Shown here in pieces: positions 9,349 to 19,019 of a DNA stretch of 49,945 nucleotides. Positions within the stretch are counted from its first letter, which is position 1. Every line of letters begins with the position of its first letter. The position numbers and the translations under genes were made by a program. The DNA lies in IMG/VR virus record IMGVR_UViG_3300032213_002402, one strand, 5' to 3'. This DNA comes from a virus. Below the pieces are notes generated by a model. It worked only from the letters and a program-made list of their open reading frames with translations. It was not told the DNA's origin and made no database searches.

Positions 9349-10446
9349 ATGAACGAAAAAACAAATGAAGATATTATTGGTAGAGCAAACATAAATGATA
9401 TAGAATCTATTTTAGATGTACCTAAAACTGATCCTAATGAAATAAACCACGCAGTGAAGAGTGGCGGTGAAACCATTTTCACCTGGGACTACTCATTGAC
9501 TCGTCCACCACTTCGCAAGCTGTATGAAAAAGCAAAGACCGGTCAGTGGAACGGTGAAACAGATCTTCCGTGGGAAACCGAAGTTGATATTGAAAAAGTA
9601 ATAAGAGAAGACCAAGCTCTTATCGGCGAAGGAATTGACAGATCTGCTTATATAGGGACACCGCTTGAAAAGTGGGGCGACAAAGAATCTCTTGAGTTTG
9701 GTATTGAAGGTCGCCGCTGGATGTTGTCACAGTTCTTGCACGGCGAACAGGGTGCACTTATTTGCACCGCAAAAATTGTGGAGACCGTTCCTTGGTACGA
9801 CGCAAAGTTGTACGCATCAACCCAGGTAATGGACGAGGCTCGTCACGTAGAAGTGTTTGCTAAATATTTAAATGAAAAAATTGGCGGCATGTATCCAGTG
9901 AATCCGCACTTGAAGATGTTGCTTGATGACATCATCACTGACAGCCGCTGGGACATGACATATTTGGGTATGCAAATTATGGTCGAAGGACTTGCACTTG
10001 CCGCATTTGGTTACATGCATGAATTAACCAATGAGCCACTGCTTAAGAAGTTGTTGCGTTATGTAATGAGTGACGAAGCACGTCACGTTGCATTTGGTGT
10101 TCTTAGTCTAAAAGAAGTTTATGAAGACATGACCGATGCAGAAATAAAAGATCGTCAAGAGTTTGCTTTTGAAGCAAGCATTCGCATGCGTGACCGATTC
10201 TTACAACAAGAAGTTTGGGAACACATGGGCGTTAATCCGCGTGAGGTTATACCATTATTTATAAATGACCCACAAAGAATATTTTTTCAACAAATGTTAT
10301 TTGCAAAAATAGTTCCAAACTGCAAAAAGCTTGGACTACTTGATCGCAACGACAAGTGGCTTCGCCAGCGCTTCGAGGAAATGGGAGTTATCCAATTTGA
10401 AAACCACGAAGACACTGGCGAAGAGTTCACCAAGTTTGAAATATAA
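9349..10446 (+). CDS. Ferritin-like / RNR-R2-like diiron oxygenase
   Basis: Four-helix diiron pattern: HGEQGAL, MDEARHVEVF, VEGLALAAFG, SDEARHVAFG (E, ExxH, E, ExxH). Confidence 0.82.
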   Translation: MNEKTNEDIIGRANINDIESILDVPKTDPNEINHAVKSGGETIFTWDYSLTRPPLRKLYEKAKTGQWNGETDLPWETEVDIEKVIREDQALIGEGIDRSAYIGTPLEKWGDKESLEFGIEGRRWMLSQFLHGEQGALICTAKIVETVPWYDAKLYASTQVMDEARHVEVFAKYLNEKIGGMYPVNPHLKMLLDDIITDSRWDMTYLGMQIMVEGLALAAFGYMHELTNEPLLKKLLRYVMSDEARHVAFGVLSLKEVYEDMTDAEIKDRQEFAFEASIRMRDRFLQQEVWEHMGVNPREVIPLFINDPQRIFFQQMLFAKIVPNCKKLGLLDRNDKWLRQRFEEMGVIQFENHEDTGEEFTKFEI

Positions 10447-12039
10447 TTATTTAACGTTTGTTGCGTCTATCTGACCAATAGCGTTTACTTTCAAATTAGA
10501 AACACTTTTTCTAACAATGTTTAAAACGTTAGCATTATACGGCACTAGGTATGGCGTTTGCTCTAAAGACATTTCTTGTATTAATTTAGAAGCTTCCTTC
10601 TGTTTAGCTGGAGTCAAAGCTGCCATATAATTATCAATAGCTTTGTCTAGTCTTGGGCTATTAACATGAGCTGCATTCCAGTCACCGGTTGAACGCCACT
10701 CACGTATTAGATATGCGTCTGGAACTGCACGCCCAGCCCATTCAACAATACCCAAGTTAGAAGCTAGCCAAGTGTTATTATCGTACTCGAATACTTTGCC
10801 CTTAACCGCAGGGTAAGGATTGCCTCCATAATAAATAGCACCGTCAGAACTATCAAGCTTGAGATTGACTTTGATGTTGATTTTCTTTAAAGATTCTTTT
10901 AGAGCTAATGCCAATTGATTAATATCTTCTCTATTGTACGAAGAAAGCTCAACTTCAAATCCGTTTGGAACACCAGCTTCTGCCATTAAAGCTTTTGCAC
11001 GCGCAAGATCTTGTTTGCGTTGCGGTACTGATTTATCAGCAGATGGATAGGAATCCATCACGCTATCATTCGCAACCACACCACCAACACCCATCAATAT
11101 ACCTTTTACATAACCAACTCGGTCAAATGCTAAAGCTACTGCTTGACGAACGCGCTTATCCATGAATGGACCGTAATCGCAACGCATGTGGACATGAAGT
11201 CCGGTTGAAGATGGAGTCTGCTGAACAGTAAATTTATTTTTTGATATCTTTGTTGCTAAAGACGGCGTAGCAAATAGCATTGCATCTATTTTACCAGTCA
11301 TTAATGGAGCAGTGCTTACACTGGAATTGGCAAAAACTTGTAGTTTAATAAAATCAAAAGATGAATTATTACCAGCCCAATAATTCAAATTCTTTTTAAA
11401 TAAAGTTGTTTCATTTTGCTTGTGGTTAACCATAATCCATGGTCCAGCAGACATCATCTGATTTGACCAAGAAGCACCTCCATCGGAACCATTCTTGATT
11501 ATAATTGTTCCATATGTAGTTGACGATACAGTGTATGGAAAATTTGCAATAGGTGATAACAAATCAAATCGAACTGTGTATTTGTCAACTTTTACTATAC
11601 CACTTTCAACTAAAATATCTTTAAAGTTTCCTTTTTGAGTTGAAATATTGGCAGGATTTAGATGTGATTTAAAACTATAAACAACATCATCTGCGGTTAC
11701 TTCTGTTCCATCGTGGAATTTTACTCCCTTACGAAGATAAAAAGTCCAAGATTGCCCCTTTTTAGATGGCTTCCAGTTTTCTGCTATTCGTGGCTCTAAA
11801 GAGCCATCAACAGTCTGAAAAGCTAAATATTCTCCAGCTAAAGATAATATAGCAGTACCGGCAAAATCCTGCACCGTCCAAGGTGCGGCAGGATGCTGTT
11901 GCACTGGAGTGCCAATTGTCAATGTATTATTTTTACCGGCAGCGTTTGCAACTTCTGCGGTCGCCAACGTACCGAGAACACCTGCCCCAGCAGTAGCTCC
12001 CATAATTCCAATAAAATTTCTCCTGCTTATATTTTGCAT
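10447..12039 (-). CDS. ABC transporter substrate-binding protein, family 5 (peptide/nickel type), Tat signal
   Basis: N-terminal SRRNFIGIMGATAGAGVLG; FYLRKGVKFHDGTEVTADDVVYSFK and RQAVALAFDRVGYV signatures. Confidence 0.9.
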   Translation of the reverse strand: MQNISRRNFIGIMGATAGAGVLGTLATAEVANAAGKNNTLTIGTPVQQHPAAPWTVQDFAGTAILSLAGEYLAFQTVDGSLEPRIAENWKPSKKGQSWTFYLRKGVKFHDGTEVTADDVVYSFKSHLNPANISTQKGNFKDILVESGIVKVDKYTVRFDLLSPIANFPYTVSSTTYGTIIIKNGSDGGASWSNQMMSAGPWIMVNHKQNETTLFKKNLNYWAGNNSSFDFIKLQVFANSSVSTAPLMTGKIDAMLFATPSLATKISKNKFTVQQTPSSTGLHVHMRCDYGPFMDKRVRQAVALAFDRVGYVKGILMGVGGVVANDSVMDSYPSADKSVPQRKQDLARAKALMAEAGVPNGFEVELSSYNREDINQLALALKESLKKINIKVNLKLDSSDGAIYYGGNPYPAVKGKVFEYDNNTWLASNLGIVEWAGRAVPDAYLIREWRSTGDWNAAHVNSPRLDKAIDNYMAALTPAKQKEASKLIQEMSLEQTPYLVPYNANVLNIVRKSVSNLKVNAIGQIDATNVK

Positions 12040-12142
12040 ATTAGTATCTCCTTGTAAGGTAAATAAATTAATTTGAACAAATATTATAGCACAAAAAAAA
12101 GCAAACGTGATATAATAGACATCTAAATCTAAGGAGAGATAT

Positions 12143-12382
12143 ATGAATCAAGAATTGTTTGATCGCTTTGTTAAATGTGTTGTTAGCATTCTTTTTGTTG
12201 AATCAAGTAAAGTTACATTAGAGGCTTCATTTACCGAAGACTTAGGTGCTGATAGTCTTGCTATGGTTGAATTAATAATGGTGTTAGAAGAAGAGTTTGA
12301 TATCCAAGTACCGGAGTCAGATCTAGATGATATTAATACGGTAGACAAAGCTTACGCACTTATTGTTTCAAAAATTAAGTGA
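12143..12382 (+). CDS. Acyl carrier protein
   Basis: DLGADSLAMVELIMVLEEEFDIQVPESD; phosphopantetheine Ser in DSL. Confidence 0.93.
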   Translation: MNQELFDRFVKCVVSILFVESSKVTLEASFTEDLGADSLAMVELIMVLEEEFDIQVPESDLDDINTVDKAYALIVSKIK

Positions 12383-12398
12383 CGATCTAATACCTATT

Positions 12399-13583
12399 AT
12401 GCAAAACGTTAGACACAGAGTTGTTATAACCGGCTATGGCGTTGTTGCCCCGTGTGGAATAGGTAAAGAAAAGTTTTGGGATGGTCTTCTTGGACCCGGT
12501 GCTTCTGGTAGTAAAACTGTTGAAGTAGAAGATTGGGATCCCTTGCCATATTTTCCAGGACCAAGAGAAGCTCGTAGATCAGATCGCCATGAACAATATG
12601 CTCTTGCAGCTGCGGGAGAAGCACTTGCTCAATCTGGAGAATTGCCATATGATAAAGCTCGTATTGGCACTGTGATTGGCACTGGAATTGGTGGGCTTCG
12701 AACTCTAGAAGAACAAATAATTATATGTCACGAAAAAGGCGAACGACGTGTTTCCCCATTGGGTATACCAATGATGATGTCGAACGCAGCAGGGGCGGCA
12801 ATATCAATTAGATATGGTTTTCAAGGACCGCTTGAAATTATCTGTACAGCATGCGCAGCAGCAACTCACGCACTCAGCAACGCTGCTCACCTAATTGCTT
12901 TGGGTCGCTGTGATGCTGTTATAGCTGGAGCTACTGAATCCGCTACTACTAGAACCGCAGTAGCTGGATTTACTAATATGACAGCCCTATCAACATCAGC
13001 AGTAAGCAAGCCTTTTGATGTGTCTCGTGATGGTTTTGTTTTTGGCGAAGGAGCGGGAATATTTGTTCTTGAAAGATTAGATAGAGCATTAGAACGTGGT
13101 GTTCACATTATCGCGGAAATTCTTGGCTCAGGTAGCAATGCTGATGCATATCATATTACTGCACCTTCGCCAGGTGGAATTGGCGCTGCAAAATGCATGC
13201 AGTTGGCCTTAGAAGATGCAGGGCTACAACCAGGTGATATTAAACAAATAAACGCACATGGTACAAGTACCTTACTAAATGATATAGCAGAAGCACAAGC
13301 TATTGAATCCGTATTTGGCAAGCACAGCGTCCCTGTTGTTTCTATTAAGGGAGTAACCGGTCATCCAATGGGCGCAGCTGGAGCATTGGAAGCTGCGGCT
13401 GTATTATTAAGCTTTGAAAAGAAGCTTATACCACCGACCGCAGGCACAACCGTTCTTGATCCAAGAATAAATATTGATGTTGTTATTGGGGAACCACGTT
13501 CATGGGAACCAGGCCCAACTATTTCAAACAATTTTGGTTTTGGTGGCCATAACGGCTCAATAATTATTTCACCTTATAAATAA
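12399..13583 (+). CDS. fabF: Beta-ketoacyl-ACP synthase II (FabF-like)
   Basis: Start at MQNVRHRVVITGYGVVAP; active-site TACAAATHAL, NAHGTST, KGVTGHPMGAAG, NNFGFGGHN. Confidence 0.93.
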   Translation: MQNVRHRVVITGYGVVAPCGIGKEKFWDGLLGPGASGSKTVEVEDWDPLPYFPGPREARRSDRHEQYALAAAGEALAQSGELPYDKARIGTVIGTGIGGLRTLEEQIIICHEKGERRVSPLGIPMMMSNAAGAAISIRYGFQGPLEIICTACAAATHALSNAAHLIALGRCDAVIAGATESATTRTAVAGFTNMTALSTSAVSKPFDVSRDGFVFGEGAGIFVLERLDRALERGVHIIAEILGSGSNADAYHITAPSPGGIGAAKCMQLALEDAGLQPGDIKQINAHGTSTLLNDIAEAQAIESVFGKHSVPVVSIKGVTGHPMGAAGALEAAAVLLSFEKKLIPPTAGTTVLDPRINIDVVIGEPRSWEPGPTISNNFGFGGHNGSIIISPYK

Positions 13584-13585
13584 TA

Positions 13586-14401
13586 TTATAATTTATTTAC
13601 AAAAGGATTCTTGTAAGCCCAAATTCTAGAAAAGTTTCTTTCACCTAAATTAAATCCACCCTTTACAGCATGAGCCATGACTGATAAATCAATAATTATC
13701 GTATCACCAACATCCCATTTAAACCAAAACTGATTCGATGAATTGCGACACACTTGTTCTTTGGTCCAATCTATAATCTGATTATATAATGTAATATCTT
13801 CATTAAGAGGAACTCTACTATTTACAGTTCTCAAAACTTCTTCGGGGGTAAAATTAGGTCTATAAATTAATTCTCCAGTAACATCATGAGATATGACCAT
13901 ATCTCTTTGTTGAAGATTATTAGCAAATGGTATCTCATGGATTAAGCCATCAGTATTTGATTCCGCCAAAGAAGAAACTTTGCAGCCTAGTAAAAATGTT
14001 TTCCAATCATCTGGCATAGTTTTAAAAAAATCTATCATATTAACAAATCCAGTTTGTCCGCAATCATTATCGCAATCATACTTTAGCATGTGCCAGATAG
14101 CACCAGTCTGATAGTTTTCTCTTTCAACATGCTCGATGTGCCAAGGAATAAATAGATCTTCTTTTGATACAAAAGAATTACCATATCTTTTAAACGTATT
14201 AGCATGGTCTTCGTCATGCCAAGCATGATTTGTACACCAACCAATTTGTTTTTCAAACGCATACATCAAATCCATTTCTTCTTCTTTAGTTGGATTCAAT
14301 TCTTTAAATATTAAAATACCTTGTTTTAAAAACAAATCTATATAATAATCAATATTATTAAATATATCTTGAACTACAACATCACTTTTAATATCAATCA
14401 T
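13586..14401 (-). CDS. TauD/TfdA-like dioxygenase-family protein
   Basis: IWHMLKYDCDNDCGQTGFVNM ... GDTIIIDLSVMAHAVKGGFNLGERNFSRIW. Confidence 0.6.
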   Translation of the reverse strand: MIDIKSDVVVQDIFNNIDYYIDLFLKQGILIFKELNPTKEEEMDLMYAFEKQIGWCTNHAWHDEDHANTFKRYGNSFVSKEDLFIPWHIEHVERENYQTGAIWHMLKYDCDNDCGQTGFVNMIDFFKTMPDDWKTFLLGCKVSSLAESNTDGLIHEIPFANNLQQRDMVISHDVTGELIYRPNFTPEEVLRTVNSRVPLNEDITLYNQIIDWTKEQVCRNSSNQFWFKWDVGDTIIIDLSVMAHAVKGGFNLGERNFSRIWAYKNPFVNKL

Positions 14402-14402
14402 A

Positions 14403-15161
14403 TTATATAACTTTTTTTTGAAGTTGATTTAAATTATTTCCACCTAGGCTAATATCATTTTTAAAATTTATCATCCATTTATATTGTTCTTCATATTTTT
14501 TAATATTCAAATTATAATCTGGATTTTCGTAATGACGTTCGGCATGCGCAAAAAAAGATAAAAAAGCCCAACGAACTCCTGAAGTAACTTCATATACCTC
14601 ATGAGCACCTATGTAATTAGATGGATAGAATAAAGCTGACCCTGCTTTAGGAAAAACTTCGATATCCCACGCAGGAAAATAAATCCCTCCACCAGCAAAT
14701 GTGTCATTTAAAATCAACGAAGAAGTTATAGTATTACCTAAAGCTACCATAGAAACAACTTCTAGTGTTCCATCTTTATAGGCTAAAGACGAATCCGAGT
14801 GTGGGCCCATTTTACAACCCGGAAGATATTTAATAAAATGTTTTGCTGTATGGTTAGTTATTGATTCAGCGGCAATGGGAAACAATTTACAATATTCAAC
14901 ACAAGCAAGATAGGCTGCGTTTTCGATTGCGTTATAAAATGGTAGTTTTTCAATATCCTGCATGTATCTAATCGGAATAGATTGTATAGCTTTTTTTTCA
15001 ACCTTATATCCACCTTCTAAAAAGGTTTTTTTATTTATAATTTTATGTCCCTGTGGTATACAGTTAGATTCAATTAAATCAAAATTAATCGAGCTTAACA
15101 TTTCAGCATCAAGGAGCTCCTCAATGAGTACAACTCCACCACCTAAATGTTTAACCTTCAT
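14403..15161 (-). CDS. 2OG-Fe(II) oxygenase (prolyl hydroxylase-like)
   Basis: CKMGPHSDSS (HxD) and YIGAHEVYEVTSGVRWAFLSFF. Confidence 0.78.
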   Translation of the reverse strand: MKVKHLGGGVVLIEELLDAEMLSSINFDLIESNCIPQGHKIINKKTFLEGGYKVEKKAIQSIPIRYMQDIEKLPFYNAIENAAYLACVEYCKLFPIAAESITNHTAKHFIKYLPGCKMGPHSDSSLAYKDGTLEVVSMVALGNTITSSLILNDTFAGGGIYFPAWDIEVFPKAGSALFYPSNYIGAHEVYEVTSGVRWAFLSFFAHAERHYENPDYNLNIKKYEEQYKWMINFKNDISLGGNNLNQLQKKVI

Positions 15162-15257
15162 ACTTTTCGTGCCCTTTGATGAATATATTTTTTAAAAACT
15201 CCAGCTTGTACCAAGCAAAAGAATCTTTCTTTTTATGAACAAAAAAAACTCCCAGAG

Positions 15258-15488
15258 TCACAACGGTTTTCTCCACTGTGAAGGAGAATGATTCTCTTCA
15301 ATTTCCTTCTTGTCATCAATGTCCTCGTATAGCCTGATGATATGTACGCATGGATCACCCTCGTAGAATTCTTCATCTTCCTTGGCGGTAGTAGGAAGGC
15401 CATCATGGGTATAGCAGACCGCTGGCCCACACCAGCCTTTGTCCATTCCAATCTTTAACCACTCATCGAAATAAATTTCAGATGTCAT
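15258..15488 (-). CDS. Unknown small protein
   Basis: 76 aa, MTSEIYFDEWLKIGMDKGWCGPAVCYTHDGLPTTAKED. Confidence 0.65.
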   Translation of the reverse strand: MTSEIYFDEWLKIGMDKGWCGPAVCYTHDGLPTTAKEDEEFYEGDPCVHIIRLYEDIDDKKEIEENHSPSQWRKPL

Positions 15489-15498
15489 AACTAACTCC

Positions 15499-15819
15499 TT
15501 AGTTTTTTTCTATGGAATTAAGATAATCTTTAATCACTCTTTTGTAAAATCTAAGATCTACATTTCCAGTAGCAAACATGTCAACTAAATCTTTTAGATC
15601 CTCAATCAAATTCTTTTGTTTAGTGATCTTGCTATTCAATACAACATTCTGCATTCTTACGTGATCAATATCGTGCTTGTCAACTTGATCAGATTCTTTC
15701 TGCTTGTTTATAGTACCGTGCATAGTAGCCTCTTGTTTCATAATCTTAGCATACAATGATTTAACCATCTCAGATTCATTCTTGTACCCATGAGGTACGT
15801 GTGTCCAGTTAGAATCCAT
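15499..15819 (-). CDS. Unknown small protein
   Basis: 106 aa ORF. Confidence 0.6.
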   Translation of the reverse strand: MDSNWTHVPHGYKNESEMVKSLYAKIMKQEATMHGTINKQKESDQVDKHDIDHVRMQNVVLNSKITKQKNLIEDLKDLVDMFATGNVDLRFYKRVIKDYLNSIEKN

Positions 15820-15903
15820 GTTAACGCTTCTTGTTTCTCATAAGTAAATATAAATAACCTAAAATCATAATCATAATCATTTGCGAAACGTTCATATTAA
15901 TCC

Positions 15904-16089
15904 TTAGTATTCTATACCTTGAAGATTTAAAATCTTTCTTTGAAGTTCATTAATCTTATTTCTAAGAGCAGTAATTTCTTCAGCTGCATCTTGAAATAGC
16001 GCGGCATAAACCATCACGCCATCTTTTTTACCCTTAGCTATTTCACCAAGTGTAAGAAGTGAATCTAATATATCATCATTTTTTGACAA
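15904..16089 (-). CDS. Small coiled-coil protein
   Basis: 61 aa ORF overlapping the start of the next gene by a few nt. Confidence 0.55.
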   Translation of the reverse strand: MSKNDDILDSLLTLGEIAKGKKDGVMVYAALFQDAAEEITALRNKINELQRKILNLQGIEY

Positions 16090-16738
16090 CTTTTTTACGC
16101 GGCCTTCCTATTGGTTGCTTGCCATCTGAATCAGTTTCTTGCACAAACCAATGATATGGAAATCCTGTGTGCGGATCAAAACGTGCTGCAATAGCAATTG
16201 CTTTAGTAGCGATTAACTTAGCATGAGCTGTAGTCATTTTCTTTTTACCAACAAGGGCCTGTAGTGCACCCAAAGCATAAGAGCCACCGCTACCTAAAGC
16301 ATAGATACCGCTAGCATCAGAAGCCCAGCTGTAATCACCATCGACTACATAAATAGAACCATGTATGGAAACTAAAATTGTAGAATCGTGTTCAGCAATA
16401 TGCTTCTTATCTTCATTGCTATCAGGTAATGCATACCCTTGTTGCTCAAAGCATTCACGTAATGCCGGAATAAACTTAGCGGTTATAAACTCATCTAGTT
16501 TCTTTCCTCGTAAATTTGGAGGTGGAGTTGGAGGTTGAAATACATGATGTAAAATATTGATTGCACGCATGTCTCCAGCGGCTCCCAATAAATACTTTCC
16601 ATTAATTGCAACTTTACAATTACCTTCTTTTAAGGTAAAGATTTGAGAAATATAGCCAGAATTATCTATATCAGATATTCTTGAATCTACACATACAGCG
16701 GAAAAACCATCACCCTGTATAGCAACTATAGTTGTCAT
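16076..16738 (-). CDS. Proteasome beta / HslV-like Ntn-hydrolase
   Basis: N-terminus M-TTIVAIQGDGFSAVCVDSRIS (candidate Thr1, Asp17); YLLGAAGDMRAI; YALGSGGSYALGAL. Confidence 0.82.
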   Translation of the reverse strand: MTTIVAIQGDGFSAVCVDSRISDIDNSGYISQIFTLKEGNCKVAINGKYLLGAAGDMRAINILHHVFQPPTPPPNLRGKKLDEFITAKFIPALRECFEQQGYALPDSNEDKKHIAEHDSTILVSIHGSIYVVDGDYSWASDASGIYALGSGGSYALGALQALVGKKKMTTAHAKLIATKAIAIAARFDPHTGFPYHWFVQETDSDGKQPIGRPRKKVVKK

Positions 16739-16936
16739 GTAAAGTCCCTCTAAAATGCCTATTGATTTATTTAGTATATCAGAGTTTACAAGATAGGCGC
16801 AACTGTTTTAATAAATATCTTCAAAGAAGGCCAAACCTGTTTAGCAAGCTGGAGTATTAGTTTAATAGTTTTCATATTTATCCTTTTTAAAGTTGATAAT
16901 ATTAATTTAAAATAGAATATAATATAAACTAATTAA

Positions 16937-17308
16937 TTAAGCTGTGAAAGTCTTTGCTTTTTCCCGTACTTTTTGAGCTAATGGAAATGAGATATTTCTA
17001 CGCTTGGAACAAAGATGTTCTGGAGTTTGAGTTACACCAACAAGCACTTTTACTTCAGTAGAACAATGATCACAAGTCCACATACTAGGACCAGGAACAA
17101 AGAACTTATAGTTTCTAGTAATCTCTTCTTGGACTTGAGGTGTGCGAACACGGTCTTTATGTGGCTTCTGTGGCGTCTGAGAAGCTTCCTGAGCGTTGAA
17201 CTCAGCACATGGTGGGCATACAAGGGGTTTTCTTCCACGAGCCTTAGAACGCTCCCAGCGTGCGTCGCATTGTGTACATTGTAGTTTTTCTTTCATGGGG
17301 TACCTCAA
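16937..17308 (-). CDS. Zinc-ribbon protein
   Basis: CTQCDARW...PLVCPPCAEF and CDHCSTEV. Confidence 0.6.
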   Translation of the reverse strand: MRYPMKEKLQCTQCDARWERSKARGRKPLVCPPCAEFNAQEASQTPQKPHKDRVRTPQVQEEITRNYKFFVPGPSMWTCDHCSTEVKVLVGVTQTPEHLCSKRRNISFPLAQKVREKAKTFTA

Positions 17309-17357
17309 ATAACGTTGTGGTGCATAGTAAGGTGGATATAATACAGATAAAAGAAAT

Positions 17358-17816
17358 CTATTGCAACTCGGACAATTCTTGTTCAGTAGGACTAACCATA
17401 GTTATACCTACTAAGAATCCATCAGTAAATTTTAAATTGTATGTTATGAATATCCAGTTTCTTTTCATTTTAGGTCCAATGATCCTTGAAAGATATCCAT
17501 TTGGACCAACACCTAGATATTCTCCGGTGTCTAAAAGATTTGAATCGTCTAGATACACAACCATATCAACGCTGATAATACCATGATAATCAACCAGTTC
17601 TTCAGGACCTATTGGTTCTTTTTCAAACCAACTGCCTGGAGTTAAGTACAACCTATTGTCTTTAGACACCCTGTAGTTATCTAATATGCATTCAAGATCT
17701 TTTGTCTGAAAAACATTTTCTTCAAATGATCTTTTGATAATAGGAACCATAGCTTCAGGAATATAATCAGGAATAGGTAGTTCACACTCAAGCTCAATAT
17801 AATCGTACATTCCCAT
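17358..17816 (-). CDS. Unknown phage-type protein
   Basis: Start at MGMYDYIELECELPIPDYIPE; the longer track ORF reads through a tRNA. Confidence 0.65.
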   Translation of the reverse strand: MGMYDYIELECELPIPDYIPEAMVPIIKRSFEENVFQTKDLECILDNYRVSKDNRLYLTPGSWFEKEPIGPEELVDYHGIISVDMVVYLDDSNLLDTGEYLGVGPNGYLSRIIGPKMKRNWIFITYNLKFTDGFLVGITMVSPTEQELSELQ

Positions 17817-17840
17817 ATCATATCCTTCTAAATAATTGGA

Positions 17841-17910
<70 letters not shown>

Positions 17911-18186
17911 GTTAACAGGTACATTATAACAGGTAGTACTCTTCTTTGTATGAAATCTTATAGAAACCAAAAAAGAAACTATTGTTTCCCTCCTGGCAAT
18001 TTAAGGAATATACAATAGAATTATCAAACTAAATCTGACACGCTTACCGACAAAGCTCCAAAGACATCCAGAGCAATTTTGTTTACATCTTTTGAATCGC
18101 AAAAATCATTATAGCCGTAGTATGTACTAGTTAAGGCATTAGAAGAGTCAAGAGAATAGGTATTATCCCAAGCAGATACAAAGGAA

Positions 18187-18489
18187 TTATGCTTCCTGTT
18201 CTTTCTGCTCTTTTTCTTCGCCAAGTTCTTCACCTTTACTGTAAATGATAATGGAAGATTTTCCCACACGTGCAATAACTTCTGACTCATACTTATTACG
18301 AATATTTTTATTAAAATAATTTCCAATAGATGGAACTGTAATAAGCGTTTTATAAATTTCTAAACTGATTCCCCGGTAAAGCCAAATGCTTCCAGAACCA
18401 AAGGTAACTATTAACGATTTGGTTAATTCATCAAAAGCTAAATGGTTTATAAATGAAGAATCTACAAAGAATTTTTCATGTTTTGTCAT
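18187..18489 (-). CDS. KTSC-domain-like protein
   Basis: Start at MTKHEKFFVDSS; LIVTFGSGSIWLYRGISLEIYKTLITVPSIGNYFNKNIRNKYES matches the KTSC pattern. Confidence 0.7.
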   Translation of the reverse strand: MTKHEKFFVDSSFINHLAFDELTKSLIVTFGSGSIWLYRGISLEIYKTLITVPSIGNYFNKNIRNKYESEVIARVGKSSIIIYSKGEELGEEKEQKEQEA

Positions 18490-18492
18490 TAG

Positions 18493-18566
18493 CGCCTCCG
18501 GTACGATTTGAACGTACGACCTAAACATTAGAAGTGTTTTGCTCTATCCAGCTGAGCTACAGAGGC
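18493..18566 (-). tRNA. tRNA-Arg(TCT)
   Basis: GCCTCTG/CGGAGGC acceptor, AAACA-CTTCTAA-TGTTT anticodon arm, GTACG-TTCAAAT-CGTAC T-arm. Confidence 0.93.
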
Positions 18567-19018
18567 TAAAGTGTTTTATGTGGAGTTTCAGGATAATTAT
18601 ATCTTATTCTAGTAGTTTCATCTATAAATAAATTAATTTCTAGAACTTCTTTATTATCAATAACTTGATAAAAAAATCCATTATTCCAATAGGCCCCCTC
18701 TACAAGATAACCTTGTATCTTATTTAGGTAGCCAACATCTTGCCAAGAATTATTTGAATCCATTCTATATCTAAAGACACCCAATGGGTTTATAGACCAA
18801 ATACTTTCGCTTGTTTCGCGAAGGTCAATTAAATTTACTTGCCCATGAGATAAACTAAAAGATCTTGCTAGATGCAAAACAATTTCAGAAGCATAATTTT
18901 TGGTAGAATAAATGTTCCAATCAGAATACATTCTATATTCTCTTAAAAAAGAATAAGAAGTCTCAGCATCAAATGATGCGGGTTGGTCCATTATTGTATC
19001 AAAAATTGGTGTTAACAT
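18566..19018 (-). CDS. Unknown protein
   Basis: 150 aa ORF. Confidence 0.65.
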   Translation of the reverse strand: MLTPIFDTIMDQPASFDAETSYSFLREYRMYSDWNIYSTKNYASEIVLHLARSFSLSHGQVNLIDLRETSESIWSINPLGVFRYRMDSNNSWQDVGYLNKIQGYLVEGAYWNNGFFYQVIDNKEVLEINLFIDETTRIRYNYPETPHKTL

Positions 19019-19019
19019 T

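Noticed and set aside
10965-11165. Plus-strand ORF inside the solute-binding protein gene
   Set aside because: Antisense shadow of a confidently assigned CDS.
18024-18326. 100-aa ORF overlapping the KTSC-like gene by about 140 nt
   Set aside because: Large out-of-frame overlap; its non-overlapping C-terminal part may be coding, but no start is convincing. Left uncalled.
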